A DNA stretch of 64,000 nt from an uncultured Gammaproteobacteria bacterium (GTDB taxonomy: Bacteria; Patescibacteriota; Patescibacteriia; UBA11705; DATKZF01). A model generated the notes under the pieces. That model saw only the letters and a list, made by a program, of their open reading frames with translations. It did not search any database and was not told the DNA's origin. The DNA lies in contig CAYPKD010000001.1 in the NCBI GenBank assembly GCA_964411255.1, positions 71,331 to 135,330 of the forward strand, in the 5' to 3' direction. The position numbers were made by a program, and so were the translations under genes. Below are positions 1-7,954 of this stretch, piece after piece (position 1 is the stretch's first letter; every line of letters starts with the position of its first letter).

Positions 1-650
1 ATCAAACCAACTGCAAAAGCAATGGAGAATCCAATATTAATAAGTGATACTAAAATTGAAACTTTAATATTATTGACATATAACTTCCAGGCTAATTGGA
101 TTGCTGTGCCTACAGATTTATCCTCTAACACAGCATAAATAAGAATATAGTAAAAAAAGCTACCGAAAATAACCACCGCTAACAAGATCAAAATCAGCCA
201 AACCAAGAAAATCATCATTAAAACCTCTCCCACATACACAGCTAATAATAAAACAGGAAGAACCAGGGCTATTATTGCCACACCAACCAATACTTCTATA
301 CCTAAAACTCGCCAAAACCTTGAAACACCGTAGGTCCATAATGGTTTAAATTTATTTTCTGTTTTCAAAATTGTATTATGAATACCCTTAATAATAGAGC
401 CTTGGCAAATAACAGAAATGATAAAAAGTACTAATGCAATAATAACAGCAATAATAGTCACAATCAATGAAGCTCCGCCAGGCATTTCAGGAAATGCCAA
501 TGTTTGACTTTGCAATGCATCAAAATCAAAATAATTGCGATAACTTACGCTCTCAATACCAGCTGCAATAAAAAGTCCAAATAGCCAAAGTATTTTATTT
601 TTCCAAGCAGTTTTCCATGCTTTTTTTATTAATCCAGAATAATTAAACAT
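1..650 (-). CDS. hypothetical polytopic membrane protein (partial; runs off window start)
   Basis: ATG at 650 on the minus strand with an open frame to position 1 (MFNYSGLIKKAWKTAWKNKILWLFGLFIAAG...). The translation is hydrophobic and TM-rich. It is not in the supplied ORF track because it is truncated by the window edge. Confidence 0.5.
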   Translation of the reverse strand, partial: MFNYSGLIKKAWKTAWKNKILWLFGLFIAAGIESVSYRNYFDFDALQSQTLAFPEMPGGASLIVTIIAVIIALVLFIISVICQGSIIKGIHNTILKTENKFKPLWTYGVSRFWRVLGIEVLVGVAIIALVLPVLLLAVYVGEVLMMIFLVWLILILLAVVIFGSFFYYILIYAVLEDKSVGTAIQLAWKLYVNNIKVSILVSLINIGFSIAFAVGL

Positions 651-725
651 AAAAAAAATCCTCCAATATTTTTATTTTTTAATAACTTATAAATCCTGCA
701 AACCTACTGATCTAATACTCTAATC

Positions 726-1589
726 TTAGTTTAGCAAATCTAATAAATATTTTCCATAACCGCTTTTTTCTAAAGGCTCAGCTAATTTTTGTAATTGAAT
801 CTCATTTATAAATCCTTTTTTATATGCAATCTCCTCAATACATCCAATTTTTAAACCCTGCCTTTCCTCAATTGCCTTTACATACATTGAAGCATCAGCA
901 TAACTTTGAAATGTACCAGTATCCAACCAGGCAAAACCCCGGTCCATTAGTTCCACTCTTAATTTTTTTCGATCTAAATAAGCACTATTAACATCTGTAA
1001 TTTCTAATTCTCCTCTTTTTGAAGGTTTTATTTTTTTTGCAATTTCTATAACATCATTATCATAAAAATACAAACCAACTACAGCATAATTTGACCGAGG
1101 ATGTTCAGGTTTTTCAATAATAGATAAAGCATTTCCCTGATCGTCAAACTCTACTACTCCGTATCTTTGTGGATTTTTAACATAATAGCCAAATATCACT
1201 GCGCCTTCATCAATATTTGCAGCTCTCTCAAGCATTTGATCAAATCCTGGCCCATAAAAAACATTATCACCCAATACTAAACAGGCTTTATCATTTCCAA
1301 CAAAATTTTCACCTAGAATAAACGCCTCTGCTAAACCATTTGGTGCTAACTGTTCAACATATGAAAGATTTAATCCGAATTGAGAACCATCACCAAATAA
1401 TTCTTTAAATCGAGGCAAATCCTGAGGAGTTGAAATAATTAATATATCACGAATTCCAGCCAACATTAAAGTTGATAATGGATAATATACCATTGGCTTG
1501 TCATAAATAGGCAAAAGCTGTTTACACATTGACCTGGTTGCCGGATGCAGTCTAGTTCCAGATCCTCCTGCTAAAATTATTCCTTTCAT
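726..1589 (-). CDS. rfbA: glucose-1-phosphate thymidylyltransferase
   Basis: N-terminus [38 protein letters not shown] matches the RmlA nucleotidyltransferase signature (GGxGTRL) and is co-linear over its full length. Confidence 0.9.
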   Translation of the reverse strand: MKGIILAGGSGTRLHPATRSMCKQLLPIYDKPMVYYPLSTLMLAGIRDILIISTPQDLPRFKELFGDGSQFGLNLSYVEQLAPNGLAEAFILGENFVGNDKACLVLGDNVFYGPGFDQMLERAANIDEGAVIFGYYVKNPQRYGVVEFDDQGNALSIIEKPEHPRSNYAVVGLYFYDNDVIEIAKKIKPSKRGELEITDVNSAYLDRKKLRVELMDRGFAWLDTGTFQSYADASMYVKAIEERQGLKIGCIEEIAYKKGFINEIQLQKLAEPLEKSGYGKYLLDLLN

Positions 1590-1595
1590 ATCGTT

Positions 1596-2441
1596 TTAGG
1601 TAATAATATTTAAATAATCTCCTAATGCTTTTTTCCAGCTTCTCATTTGAGGCAGCTTTGTATTTTTAAGTGATGAATAAGCTGGCCTTTTTGCTGGCCG
1701 AGGAAATCTACTTGAAGAAACCGGTTTTATTATTACGTTTTTATTTGCAATATTGAAAATTTCCTTTGCAAATCCATACCAGGTGCAGGCTCCTGTATTG
1801 GCAGCATGGTAAATGGCAAAAGGAACACGTTCTGATAAAATCAAAAAAGTTTGAATTGCCAAATCAGGCGAATATGTTGGATTGCTATACTCTTCATCAA
1901 CAATCTCCAACTTATCTTTTTTATCTGCCAAATCCAGCATTACGTCAACAAAACTTTTTTTCGCACCTTCAGAAATTGCCGGTATACCATACAGTCTTGA
2001 AAGCCGGATAATATAATATTTATCTGTTTTATTTTTTACTTGTTCTTCTCCAAGATATTTTGATAATCCATAAGCACTAATCGGATTTGGTTTATCAGTC
2101 TCCACATAGCCAGTCTTTTTCAAACCGTCAAAAATATAATCTGTACTATAGTGAACTAAAACAGCCCCAACTTTTTGGGCTGCTTCTGCTAAATTTCCTG
2201 GTCCAGCAGCATTTACAGCCTGAGCAATAGTAAAATCATTTTCAGCTGCATCAACTGCATTATAGGCTGCTGCATTAATAATTATGTCTGGCCTTAATTC
2301 AGAAATTTCATCTAATACTTCAGATCTGTTTGTAATATCTAAATCATCTTTATCATACAGAAAAGGATTTTCAATTGAAAAAACTCTGGCCAAATCCTGA
2401 CCGAGCATTCCCTGGGCTCCGATAATTAAAATTCTTTTCAT
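1596..2441 (-). CDS. rfbD: dTDP-4-dehydrorhamnose reductase
   Basis: MKRILIIGAQGMLGQDL Rossmann N-terminus and YxxxK context typical of RmlD. The start was trimmed to the internal Met (MKRIL) of the track ORF. It lies adjacent to rfbA. Confidence 0.85.
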   Translation of the reverse strand: MKRILIIGAQGMLGQDLARVFSIENPFLYDKDDLDITNRSEVLDEISELRPDIIINAAAYNAVDAAENDFTIAQAVNAAGPGNLAEAAQKVGAVLVHYSTDYIFDGLKKTGYVETDKPNPISAYGLSKYLGEEQVKNKTDKYYIIRLSRLYGIPAISEGAKKSFVDVMLDLADKKDKLEIVDEEYSNPTYSPDLAIQTFLILSERVPFAIYHAANTGACTWYGFAKEIFNIANKNVIIKPVSSSRFPRPAKRPAYSSLKNTKLPQMRSWKKALGDYLNIIT

Positions 2442-2524
2442 AAAAATGATAATTAGCAATGCTTACTTATAACTTAAAAGAAATCTGCGGGTTTGTCAAT
2501 CATTTATAATATAACAATAATCTA

Positions 2525-2569
2525 AACAAAATGAAAAGCAGCCAAATGATTGACTGCTTAGGTAGGAAA
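2525..2569 (-). terminator. putative intrinsic terminator downstream of the GC-rich ORF 2651..3004
   Basis: Minus-strand hairpin AAGCAG-N12-CUGCUU followed by a U-rich tract. Confidence 0.35.
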
Positions 2570-2650
2570 ACTAATTGGCTCTGGGCTCCAAATTTTCTGG
2601 GTTTGAGTCCAGCCGTTTAGTTTTGTAAAAAGGAAGAGGTTAGGAAGGAA

Positions 2651-3004
2651 TTAGCGGGTGGCGACCACAGGCTGAACCGGCTGGTCCAGCGGGCGAGCGT
2701 TTCGATCAGAATTGGCCGCAGCCAGCAAAAGGTTGATCGAGCGCTTGGCCTCTGCCTTGGCAATCACGTCATCCATGATTGCCTTGGCCGACACTGACTT
2801 CGTGGCCACTGCCTTGGCCTGCTGCTTCGCAGGAGGCTGAGCCACAAAGTACCGCGCCCGACAGTTTTCACCATTGGCATCGCAGGCCAGAACCTGCACA
2901 GCCAGAGAAGGCTCGCCAGTCACAGGCAGCTCTTCCGCAAAGGCCGAGGCCGAAGCGAAGATAATGCCGAAAACGACGAACAGGGTGGTGGTGATGCGTG
3001 TCAT
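2651..3004 (-). CDS. GC-rich small secreted protein (signal peptide ending AFA), unknown function
   Basis: RBS AGGAGA 6 nt before the ATG. The N-terminus MTRITTTLFVVFGIIFASASAFA looks like a signal peptide. The ORF is ~60% GC in a ~30% GC genome, and the plus-strand overlapping ORF is judged an artefact of the GC richness. Confidence 0.55.
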   Translation of the reverse strand: MTRITTTLFVVFGIIFASASAFAEELPVTGEPSLAVQVLACDANGENCRARYFVAQPPAKQQAKAVATKSVSAKAIMDDVIAKAEAKRSINLLLAAANSDRNARPLDQPVQPVVATR

Positions 3005-3108
3005 GGGAATCTCCTAACCTTATGAAAAAATTGTAACTGTGCACCCCCCGAACGGGGGGATAGTATACCTATCTGAAGGTTTTCCCTCAGACAGACATGC
3101 TATTTTCC

Positions 3109-3135
3109 AAAAAAAGAACTCCCTTTTTGAGGAGT
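3109..3135 (-). terminator. attenuator-type intrinsic terminator inside the leader of cassette 1
   Basis: Minus-strand hairpin ACUCC-loop-GGAGU followed by U7. It lies between the promoter at 3223-3251 and the ORF start at 3004. Confidence 0.5.
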
Positions 3136-3215
3136 ATCTATTACAGCATTTGATACATGATTTAGGATCTATGATCCATGACTCATGTAATTCTCTCTCC
3201 CCAATTTTCATTTTA
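3136..3215 (-). promoter_or_regulatory. conserved leader RNA with coupled mini-ORFs (MSHGS then MYQML) and TCATGA repeats
   Basis: Strong RBS GGGGAGAGAGA 7 nt before AUG AGU CAU GGA UCA UAG (mini-ORF at 3169..3186, minus). The same architecture recurs at 4033-4096 with MSHRS. Confidence 0.45.
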
Positions 3216-3222
3216 ATATTAT

Positions 3223-3251
3223 ATTATATCATATTTTTTTATAAAAGTCAA
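3223..3251 (-). promoter_or_regulatory. sigma70-type promoter TTGACT-17-TATAAT (minus strand)
   Basis: Reverse complement of 3223-3251 reads TTGACT tttataaaaaaatatga TATAAT: perfect -35 and -10 elements with a 17-nt spacer. Confidence 0.6.
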
Positions 3252-3268
3252 GAGTATCATTAATTATT

Positions 3269-3284
3269 TAGCTAAATTTAGCTA
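3269..3284. promoter_or_regulatory. perfect 16-bp palindrome TAGCTAAATTTAGCTA ~20 bp upstream of the -35 (putative operator/activator site)
   Basis: Perfect dyad symmetry. It is conserved at the same relative position in cassette 2 (4151-4164). Confidence 0.45.
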
Positions 3285-3456
3285 ATTTTATCGAATTTTC
3301 ATCTTCTATACTATGCCTAAATAAATACTCGATATCACACAAATTAATTTATCAAAATATAATCTATTTATTTGTAATCACTTAATAAAAGCACTGCAAA
3401 GACTTTATTTGTAATCCAATGCTGGAAAGCCCTATGCTTTTATTACAAATAGATTT

Positions 3457-3490
3457 AAAAGGGAAAACAGCAGCTTATTAAGCTACTGCT
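3457..3490 (-). terminator. putative terminator downstream of the GC-rich ORF 3513..3941
   Basis: Minus-strand imperfect hairpin (GCAGUAGCUUA/UAAGCUGCUG) followed by UUUUCCCUUUU. Confidence 0.3.
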
Positions 3491-3512
3491 TTGAGGTAGG
3501 AAATGGGCAGAT

Positions 3513-3941
3513 TTAGCGCGAAACGATCTGCAAAAGGAGCCGTTCCTCAGGGCTCAGCAACCGCTTTTTGTGCGGTTTTGCTTCATCCTGAGCCAGCTCA
3601 GCCAGCAGTTCATCAGCGCTTTTCTTCACGGCAGGGCGCTTGTAGGCAGGCGGAAGCTCACTGGCTTTGATGCGTTTTGGAGCTACCGGACGAAGCCGAT
3701 AGCACACAAATTCGCGACCGCCACCAGGCAGATTCCGCCATTCGCAGGTTTTCTGCGGCAAGGGTTTGCAGGTCACGATAATGACACCAGAATGATGCTC
3801 ATGTTCCACACGCTCATATCCTGGATCACATTTGGGCTTTTTGGCCTGTGCAGCTCCCATGAGAAACAAAGTTCCAACGATAGCCACGAAAATCGCCACC
3901 ATACGAAGAATAATACCCATGATTGCCCTCCTCGAGGTCAA
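3513..3941 (-). CDS. GC-rich small secreted/membrane-anchored protein, unknown function
   Basis: RBS GGAGG 7 nt before the ATG. Hydrophobic N-terminus ...AIFVAIVGTLFLMGAAQA, then a basic Cys-containing region. ~58% GC. Confidence 0.55.
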   Translation of the reverse strand: MTSRRAIMGIILRMVAIFVAIVGTLFLMGAAQAKKPKCDPGYERVEHEHHSGVIIVTCKPLPQKTCEWRNLPGGGREFVCYRLRPVAPKRIKASELPPAYKRPAVKKSADELLAELAQDEAKPHKKRLLSPEERLLLQIVSR

Positions 3942-4004
3942 ATAGTTGTTAAAAATACCATACCTGTTTAAGGCTCAAATAAGCGCTAAACAGGGATAAT
4001 ATTT

Positions 4005-4032
4005 ATAAAAAGAACTCCTTTTTTTAGGAGTT
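4005..4032 (-). terminator. attenuator-type intrinsic terminator inside the leader of cassette 2
   Basis: Minus-strand hairpin AACUCCU-A7-AGGAGUU followed by CUUUUUAUAAAU. The stop codon of the second leader mini-ORF (MNLGSWIRNS) lies inside the 5' stem. Confidence 0.5.
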
Positions 4033-4096
4033 TCTGATCCATGATCCAAGATTCATGATCTATGACTCATGACCAAACTCTCTCTCCTATATTTTA
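4033..4096 (-). promoter_or_regulatory. conserved leader RNA with coupled mini-ORFs (MSHRS then MNLGSWIRNS, joined by an AUGA stop/start overlap)
   Basis: RBS AGGAGAGAGAG 7 nt before the AUG (mini-ORF at 4053..4070, minus). TCATGA palindromes are repeated across the leader. Confidence 0.45.
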
Positions 4097-4103
4097 ATAT
4101 TTC

Positions 4104-4132
4104 ATTATAGCATAAATTTTACAAAAAGTCAA
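4104..4132 (-). promoter_or_regulatory. sigma70-type promoter TTGACT-17-TATAAT (minus strand)
   Basis: Reverse complement reads TTGACT ttttgtaaaatttatgc TATAAT: perfect hexamers with a 17-nt spacer. Confidence 0.6.
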
Positions 4133-4150
4133 TCGTATTATATAATATTT

Positions 4151-4164
4151 GGCTAAATTTAGCT
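4151..4164. promoter_or_regulatory. palindrome GCTAAATTTAGC upstream of the -35 (copy 2 of the putative operator)
   Basis: Same dyad as 3269-3284, at the same spacing from the -35 element. Confidence 0.4.
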
Positions 4165-4188
4165 GAATACATATTTTCACACAAATAA

Positions 4189-4215
4189 AAAACCCTGAAT
4201 AAATTCAGAGTTTTT
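4189..4215 (-). terminator. intrinsic terminator after CDS 4232..5080
   Basis: Minus-strand hairpin CUGAAUUUAUUCAG, then GG + U6. Confidence 0.5.
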
Positions 4216-4231
4216 TATTATTTTATGTAAT

Positions 4232-5080
4232 TTAAGCTTCTAATTCTATTAATTTTTGTCTAATTGCTATTAACCGCTTTCTATACTCAGTATCTTCTCT
4301 TTCAAAAAAATCTGACAATCTTTCCTGTGATTTTTCACTTATTTTTCGAATAGGGCTTGGTTCTTCCTCAGTAATATCAGCTTCTTCAACTTCAATATCT
4401 GATTCAGGTCCCTCAGCTATTTTTTTTACCACAGTTAATTTCTTACCCTTTAATTCAGCTAATAGTTTTCGTATTGTATTTTCAGCCTCATCTTCTGATA
4501 AAGCCATTATCTCATCTTCATCAAAATTAATAAGATCTGATTCAGTAAATGATAAATCTTCTTTAATTTTAGTAGCAATCACTTCAGTTTCACTTTCATA
4601 TTGAGCATTTGCCTTTTTTAGTGTTTGAAGTATTTCAAATGAACTGGGCTCTTTGCCATATTCTCTATCATGCTTTTTAATAAGTTTATCAACTTCCTGC
4701 ACCAGCTTTCTGGCCTTTGTTTTGCCAGCTTTTTCATATATTTCATTTATCTGAGCCAATAATTCCTGCTCTTGTTTTTCTAAAATATCTGCTGCTTCCT
4801 TTTCTTCTGGTCTTTTTTGCTCTTGTTGCCCTTGTTGTTCAAGTCTTTCTAATTCTTCAGCAGTCATTGCCTCAGCTTCTCCTGGAGCAGTTTCTTCTTC
4901 AGCTCCAACAGAAACTTCTGGTGCTTCATAAGGCCATTTTTCCGGAACACCAGACCTTGTTCGAACCTCAGTTGGCTCGCTAAATTGTTCTGGATTATCT
5001 GACTTTTTTTTAGATTTATCATCTTTTGAGGAACTTTTATCCTTTTTTCCTCCTAATACTTTAGTAAATTTTTCAAACAT
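4232..5080 (-). CDS. acidic Lys/Glu-rich low-complexity protein, unknown function
   Basis: 282-aa ORF with coherent K/E-rich coiled-coil-like composition. No obvious RBS was found. Confidence 0.45.
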   Translation of the reverse strand: MFEKFTKVLGGKKDKSSSKDDKSKKKSDNPEQFSEPTEVRTRSGVPEKWPYEAPEVSVGAEEETAPGEAEAMTAEELERLEQQGQQEQKRPEEKEAADILEKQEQELLAQINEIYEKAGKTKARKLVQEVDKLIKKHDREYGKEPSSFEILQTLKKANAQYESETEVIATKIKEDLSFTESDLINFDEDEIMALSEDEAENTIRKLLAELKGKKLTVVKKIAEGPESDIEVEEADITEEEPSPIRKISEKSQERLSDFFEREDTEYRKRLIAIRQKLIELEA

Positions 5081-5197
5081 ATTATTGCTTATTTATTATA
5101 ATTATATTATATCACATATTGATAAAAAAATCAATATTGACAACAAAAACCCTTTATTGTAAGTTTATATAATCTCTATTTATACAGGAGGCAAAAA

Positions 5198-5620
5198 ATG
5201 AGACAGCTTGCATCTTTACAAACTGTTAGAGATAAAAGGATTCTTGAAACAATTCTGCAAAAATTCAGGATCAAACGAATTTCCTGGAGAAAAAGGCTTG
5301 TTCTGGTCAGTAAAGAGCTAGAAGAGCAGGAAGAAATGGTTCTTTATATTTTAACCACTCCAAATCAGGAATTTTTAGATATTGATATGCTTACTCCAAT
5401 CAGTTCAGTGCAGATTAAAAATATTCATTGGAAAAATCTTAAAATCACAGAAGTTCGGCAAACAAAAAGCAGCGAATATCTTCTAATATTTGAATGCAGA
5501 AAACCACCACACGGGTTTAAAAATATTAAAATATCAATTGATCCGAAAAAGGTCACTTTTCATCTGATTGATGAAAATCATCCTCAGGCAGAACATGTTC
5601 AAGTCATTTGCCAATTATAA
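5198..5620 (+). CDS. hypothetical protein
   Basis: Strong RBS AGGAGG 8 nt before the ATG. 140 aa. One of the few plus-strand genes. Confidence 0.5.
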   Translation: MRQLASLQTVRDKRILETILQKFRIKRISWRKRLVLVSKELEEQEEMVLYILTTPNQEFLDIDMLTPISSVQIKNIHWKNLKITEVRQTKSSEYLLIFECRKPPHGFKNIKISIDPKKVTFHLIDENHPQAEHVQVICQL

Positions 5621-5643
5621 AAACGTGCCATGCACGTTTTTTT

Positions 5644-6669
5644 TCATGAATTCAAAGCCAAACGATTTTCATACCAATCTTTATAATATTTCTGATAATC
5701 TCCACTTTTCACTCGCTGCCACCACTCTTCATTTTCCATATACCAGTCAATTGTCTTTTTTAATCCTTCATCAAATGTTAATTCAGGTTTCCAGCCAAGC
5801 TCAGCCATTATTTTATAAGATCGTATAGCATAACGTCTGTCATGGCCTGGCCTGTCTTTTACATATTCAATCATTTCTTCGCCATATCCCATATATTGCA
5901 AAATTCTTTTCGTTAAATTTATATTTGAAATTTCATTATTACCACCCATGCAGTATGTTTCTCCTATTTTTCCCTGATGTAAAATCAGGTCAATTCCCCT
6001 ACAATGATCCTTTACATGAATCCAGTCTCTGACATTTAATCCGTCTCCGTAAAGTGGCACTTTTTTTTCTTCCATTAAATTTGTTACAAAAAGTGGAATC
6101 ACTTTTTCAGGAAACTGATACGGGCCGTAATTGTTTGAACAATTTGAAATAGTAATTGGCAAATTGTGCGTTTCAAAATAAGCCCGAACCAAATGATCAG
6201 ATGCGGCCTTTGATGCTGAATAAGGATTTCGCGGATTGTAAATAGTATCTTCGTGGAACATTTCCTTTGATTCAAGTGGCAAAGATCCGAAAACCTCATC
6301 AGTAGAAACATGATGAAAACGCTTATTGCCATTATTTTTTGCAGATTCCAGTAAAGTATAAGTTCCTAAAACATTTGCTTTAACAAATTCATCAGCTCCC
6401 ATAATTGACCGGTCAACCATTGATTCAGCTGCAAAATGAACAACTGCATCCACGTCTTTCATGAATAAATCAAGCAATTCTAAATTATTAATATCACCTT
6501 TTACAAATTTATAATTTGGATGATTTTCAACTGATTTTAAATTCTCCAAATTTCCAGCATAAGTCAGCTTATCAAAATTGATAATTTCATAATTAGGATA
6601 TTTATCCAAAATATAAAGAATAAAATTCGATCCAATAAATCCTGCCCCTCCTGTTACCAATAGTTTCAT
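5644..6669 (-). CDS. rfbB: dTDP-glucose 4,6-dehydratase
   Basis: MKLLVTGGAGFIGSNF Rossmann fold. YxxxK and full-length SDR-extended similarity to RmlB. Confidence 0.9.
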   Translation of the reverse strand: MKLLVTGGAGFIGSNFILYILDKYPNYEIINFDKLTYAGNLENLKSVENHPNYKFVKGDINNLELLDLFMKDVDAVVHFAAESMVDRSIMGADEFVKANVLGTYTLLESAKNNGNKRFHHVSTDEVFGSLPLESKEMFHEDTIYNPRNPYSASKAASDHLVRAYFETHNLPITISNCSNNYGPYQFPEKVIPLFVTNLMEEKKVPLYGDGLNVRDWIHVKDHCRGIDLILHQGKIGETYCMGGNNEISNINLTKRILQYMGYGEEMIEYVKDRPGHDRRYAIRSYKIMAELGWKPELTFDEGLKKTIDWYMENEEWWQRVKSGDYQKYYKDWYENRLALNS

Positions 6670-6782
6670 ACATTAAATTTTATTTTTGAAGCCTTTTACT
6701 GTATTCATCTTTTATCATTTTTTAAAAAATTTGTAAAGCATTAAAAATTACATATCGTTTTTTTCAAAACTAAGTTCATATC

Positions 6783-6980
6783 CAGCATCAGGGGTCTGGG
6801 GGGCTGATTGCCCCCAGCGTAATAATAAAACTTGATAGTCGCTTCGCATTTGAAGCCCCCCAGCACTTTTTGGTTACTTTTTGGTGCCAAAAAGTAACTT
6901 GGCGCAAGCCCAGAACCGTATGGTTCTGGGCTTGCCAACATTGCAAAGGGCAAAGCAGGCTTTGGCCTGCATTGTTAAAA
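6783..6980. repeat. GC-rich structured repeat element, family X copy 1 (possible ncRNA or palindromic mobile element)
   Basis: Shares ~150 nt with 36756-36930. It contains several perfect hairpins (GGGGGCUGAUUGCCCCC; GUUACUUUUUGG-UG-CCAAAAAGUAAC; GCAAGCCCAGAACC-GUAU-GGUUCUGGGCUUGC). The long hairpin differs between copies by compensatory pairs. Confidence 0.5.
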
Positions 6981-7000
6981 TCTAAATTAATTAATATTAA

Positions 7001-7021
7001 AACGTCCCCTATTGGGGACGT
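7001..7021 (-). terminator. intrinsic terminator after the HIT gene
   Basis: ACGUCCCC-UAUU/AAUA-GGGGACGU perfect hairpin, followed on the minus strand by UUUUAAUAUU. Confidence 0.6.
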
Positions 7022-7045
7022 AAATATTTGAATGTCAATAAAATA

Positions 7046-7477
7046 TCACTTTACATCATTTATCGCACCCTCTGTTTTCAATACATCTTTTATCTGCTTA
7101 GCAATATTAGCCATTTGCCCTTCTTCATATTGCTTACCTGGCCAATGGGTTAATCCGTCATCTTCTTTTCTAGGTATAATATGTAAATGTAAATGATTGA
7201 CAACCTGGCCGGCTATTGCACCATTATTTAATTCCAGATTAAAAGCTTTATAATCTAGAGCCTTCAAAATCGCCTTGGCCACTTTCTTTGTTGCAATAAT
7301 CAAATGGGATAACTCTTCATTTGAAGCTTTAAGTAAATCTTCTACATGTTTTTTTGGTACTATTAAAGTATGTCCTGGATTAACTGGATTTATATCTAAA
7401 AATGCAACTACAAATCCGTCTTCATAAATTTTTTGACTTGGAATTTCATTATTAATGATTTTACAAAATACGCACAT
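7046..7477 (-). CDS. HIT-family (histidine triad) nucleotide hydrolase
   Basis: HxHxHxx motif VVNHLHLHIIP. ~140 aa and HinT-like. Confidence 0.85.
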   Translation of the reverse strand: MCVFCKIINNEIPSQKIYEDGFVVAFLDINPVNPGHTLIVPKKHVEDLLKASNEELSHLIIATKKVAKAILKALDYKAFNLELNNGAIAGQVVNHLHLHIIPRKEDDGLTHWPGKQYEEGQMANIAKQIKDVLKTEGAINDVK

Positions 7478-7497
7478 ACAATTAAAATTCTCAATTT

Positions 7498-7953
7498 TTA
7501 ATTATTAATTTTATTTTCAATAACTGGAGCCTCAATTTCTTTGCTTACAGCCTTAAAGGTCCAATATTTGTTCAGGGAAAAATTCCACATCATTACCATT
7601 ACAGTGGCAAAAACTTTTGCCCAATTATACCACAAATGAATATTCTCAATTAAAATGTACATTATTCCCAAATTCAGCAGCAAACCACCTGCACTGACAA
7701 TTAAATATTGGGCATATTGCTGAGCAGCTTTTGAACCCTTTGAATTTTCTAAAAAAGTCCAGTACTTATTCATCATGAAATTATTCGATGCAGCGATAAC
7801 AAATGCAATTGCAGCTGCCAGATATACATTCCATTTAAATACCAGTACTCCTAAATTTAATACGCCAAAATCTATTGCTGTGCCAATAAAACCGACAATG
7901 CAAAATTTGATAAATTGATTTGCAATTTTTGATCTAAATAACTTTTTAATCAT
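7498..7953 (-). CDS. GtrA-family membrane protein (polysaccharide synthesis associated)
   Basis: MIKKLFRSKIANQFIKFCIVGFIGTAIDFGVLN... is a typical GtrA N-terminus with 4 TM helices. The start was trimmed to an internal Met. Confidence 0.65.
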   Translation of the reverse strand: MIKKLFRSKIANQFIKFCIVGFIGTAIDFGVLNLGVLVFKWNVYLAAAIAFVIAASNNFMMNKYWTFLENSKGSKAAQQYAQYLIVSAGGLLLNLGIMYILIENIHLWYNWAKVFATVMVMMWNFSLNKYWTFKAVSKEIEAPVIENKINN

Positions 7954-7954
7954 A

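Noticed and set aside
1766-2011. Plus-strand ORF (81 aa) inside rfbD
   Set aside because: It lies entirely antisense to a well-supported rfbD frame, has no RBS, and shows AT-rich random-ORF composition.
2779-2964. Plus-strand ORF overlapping the GC-rich minus-strand ORF (and similarly 3570..3971 overlapping 3513..3941)
   Set aside because: GC-rich DNA yields long spurious open frames. The minus-strand frames have strong RBSs and signal peptides and sit downstream of the conserved promoter and leader.
3020-3211. 63-aa minus-strand ORF spanning the cassette-1 leader and attenuator
   Set aside because: It starts at the predicted TSS with no RBS and reads through the terminator hairpin and the GC hairpin. 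The equivalent frame in cassette 2 stops after 3 codons, so it is not conserved.
6741-6953. 70-aa minus-strand ORF across repeat family X copy 1
   Set aside because: Its frame runs through perfect hairpins of a repeat that is present elsewhere in non-coding context. There is no RBS.
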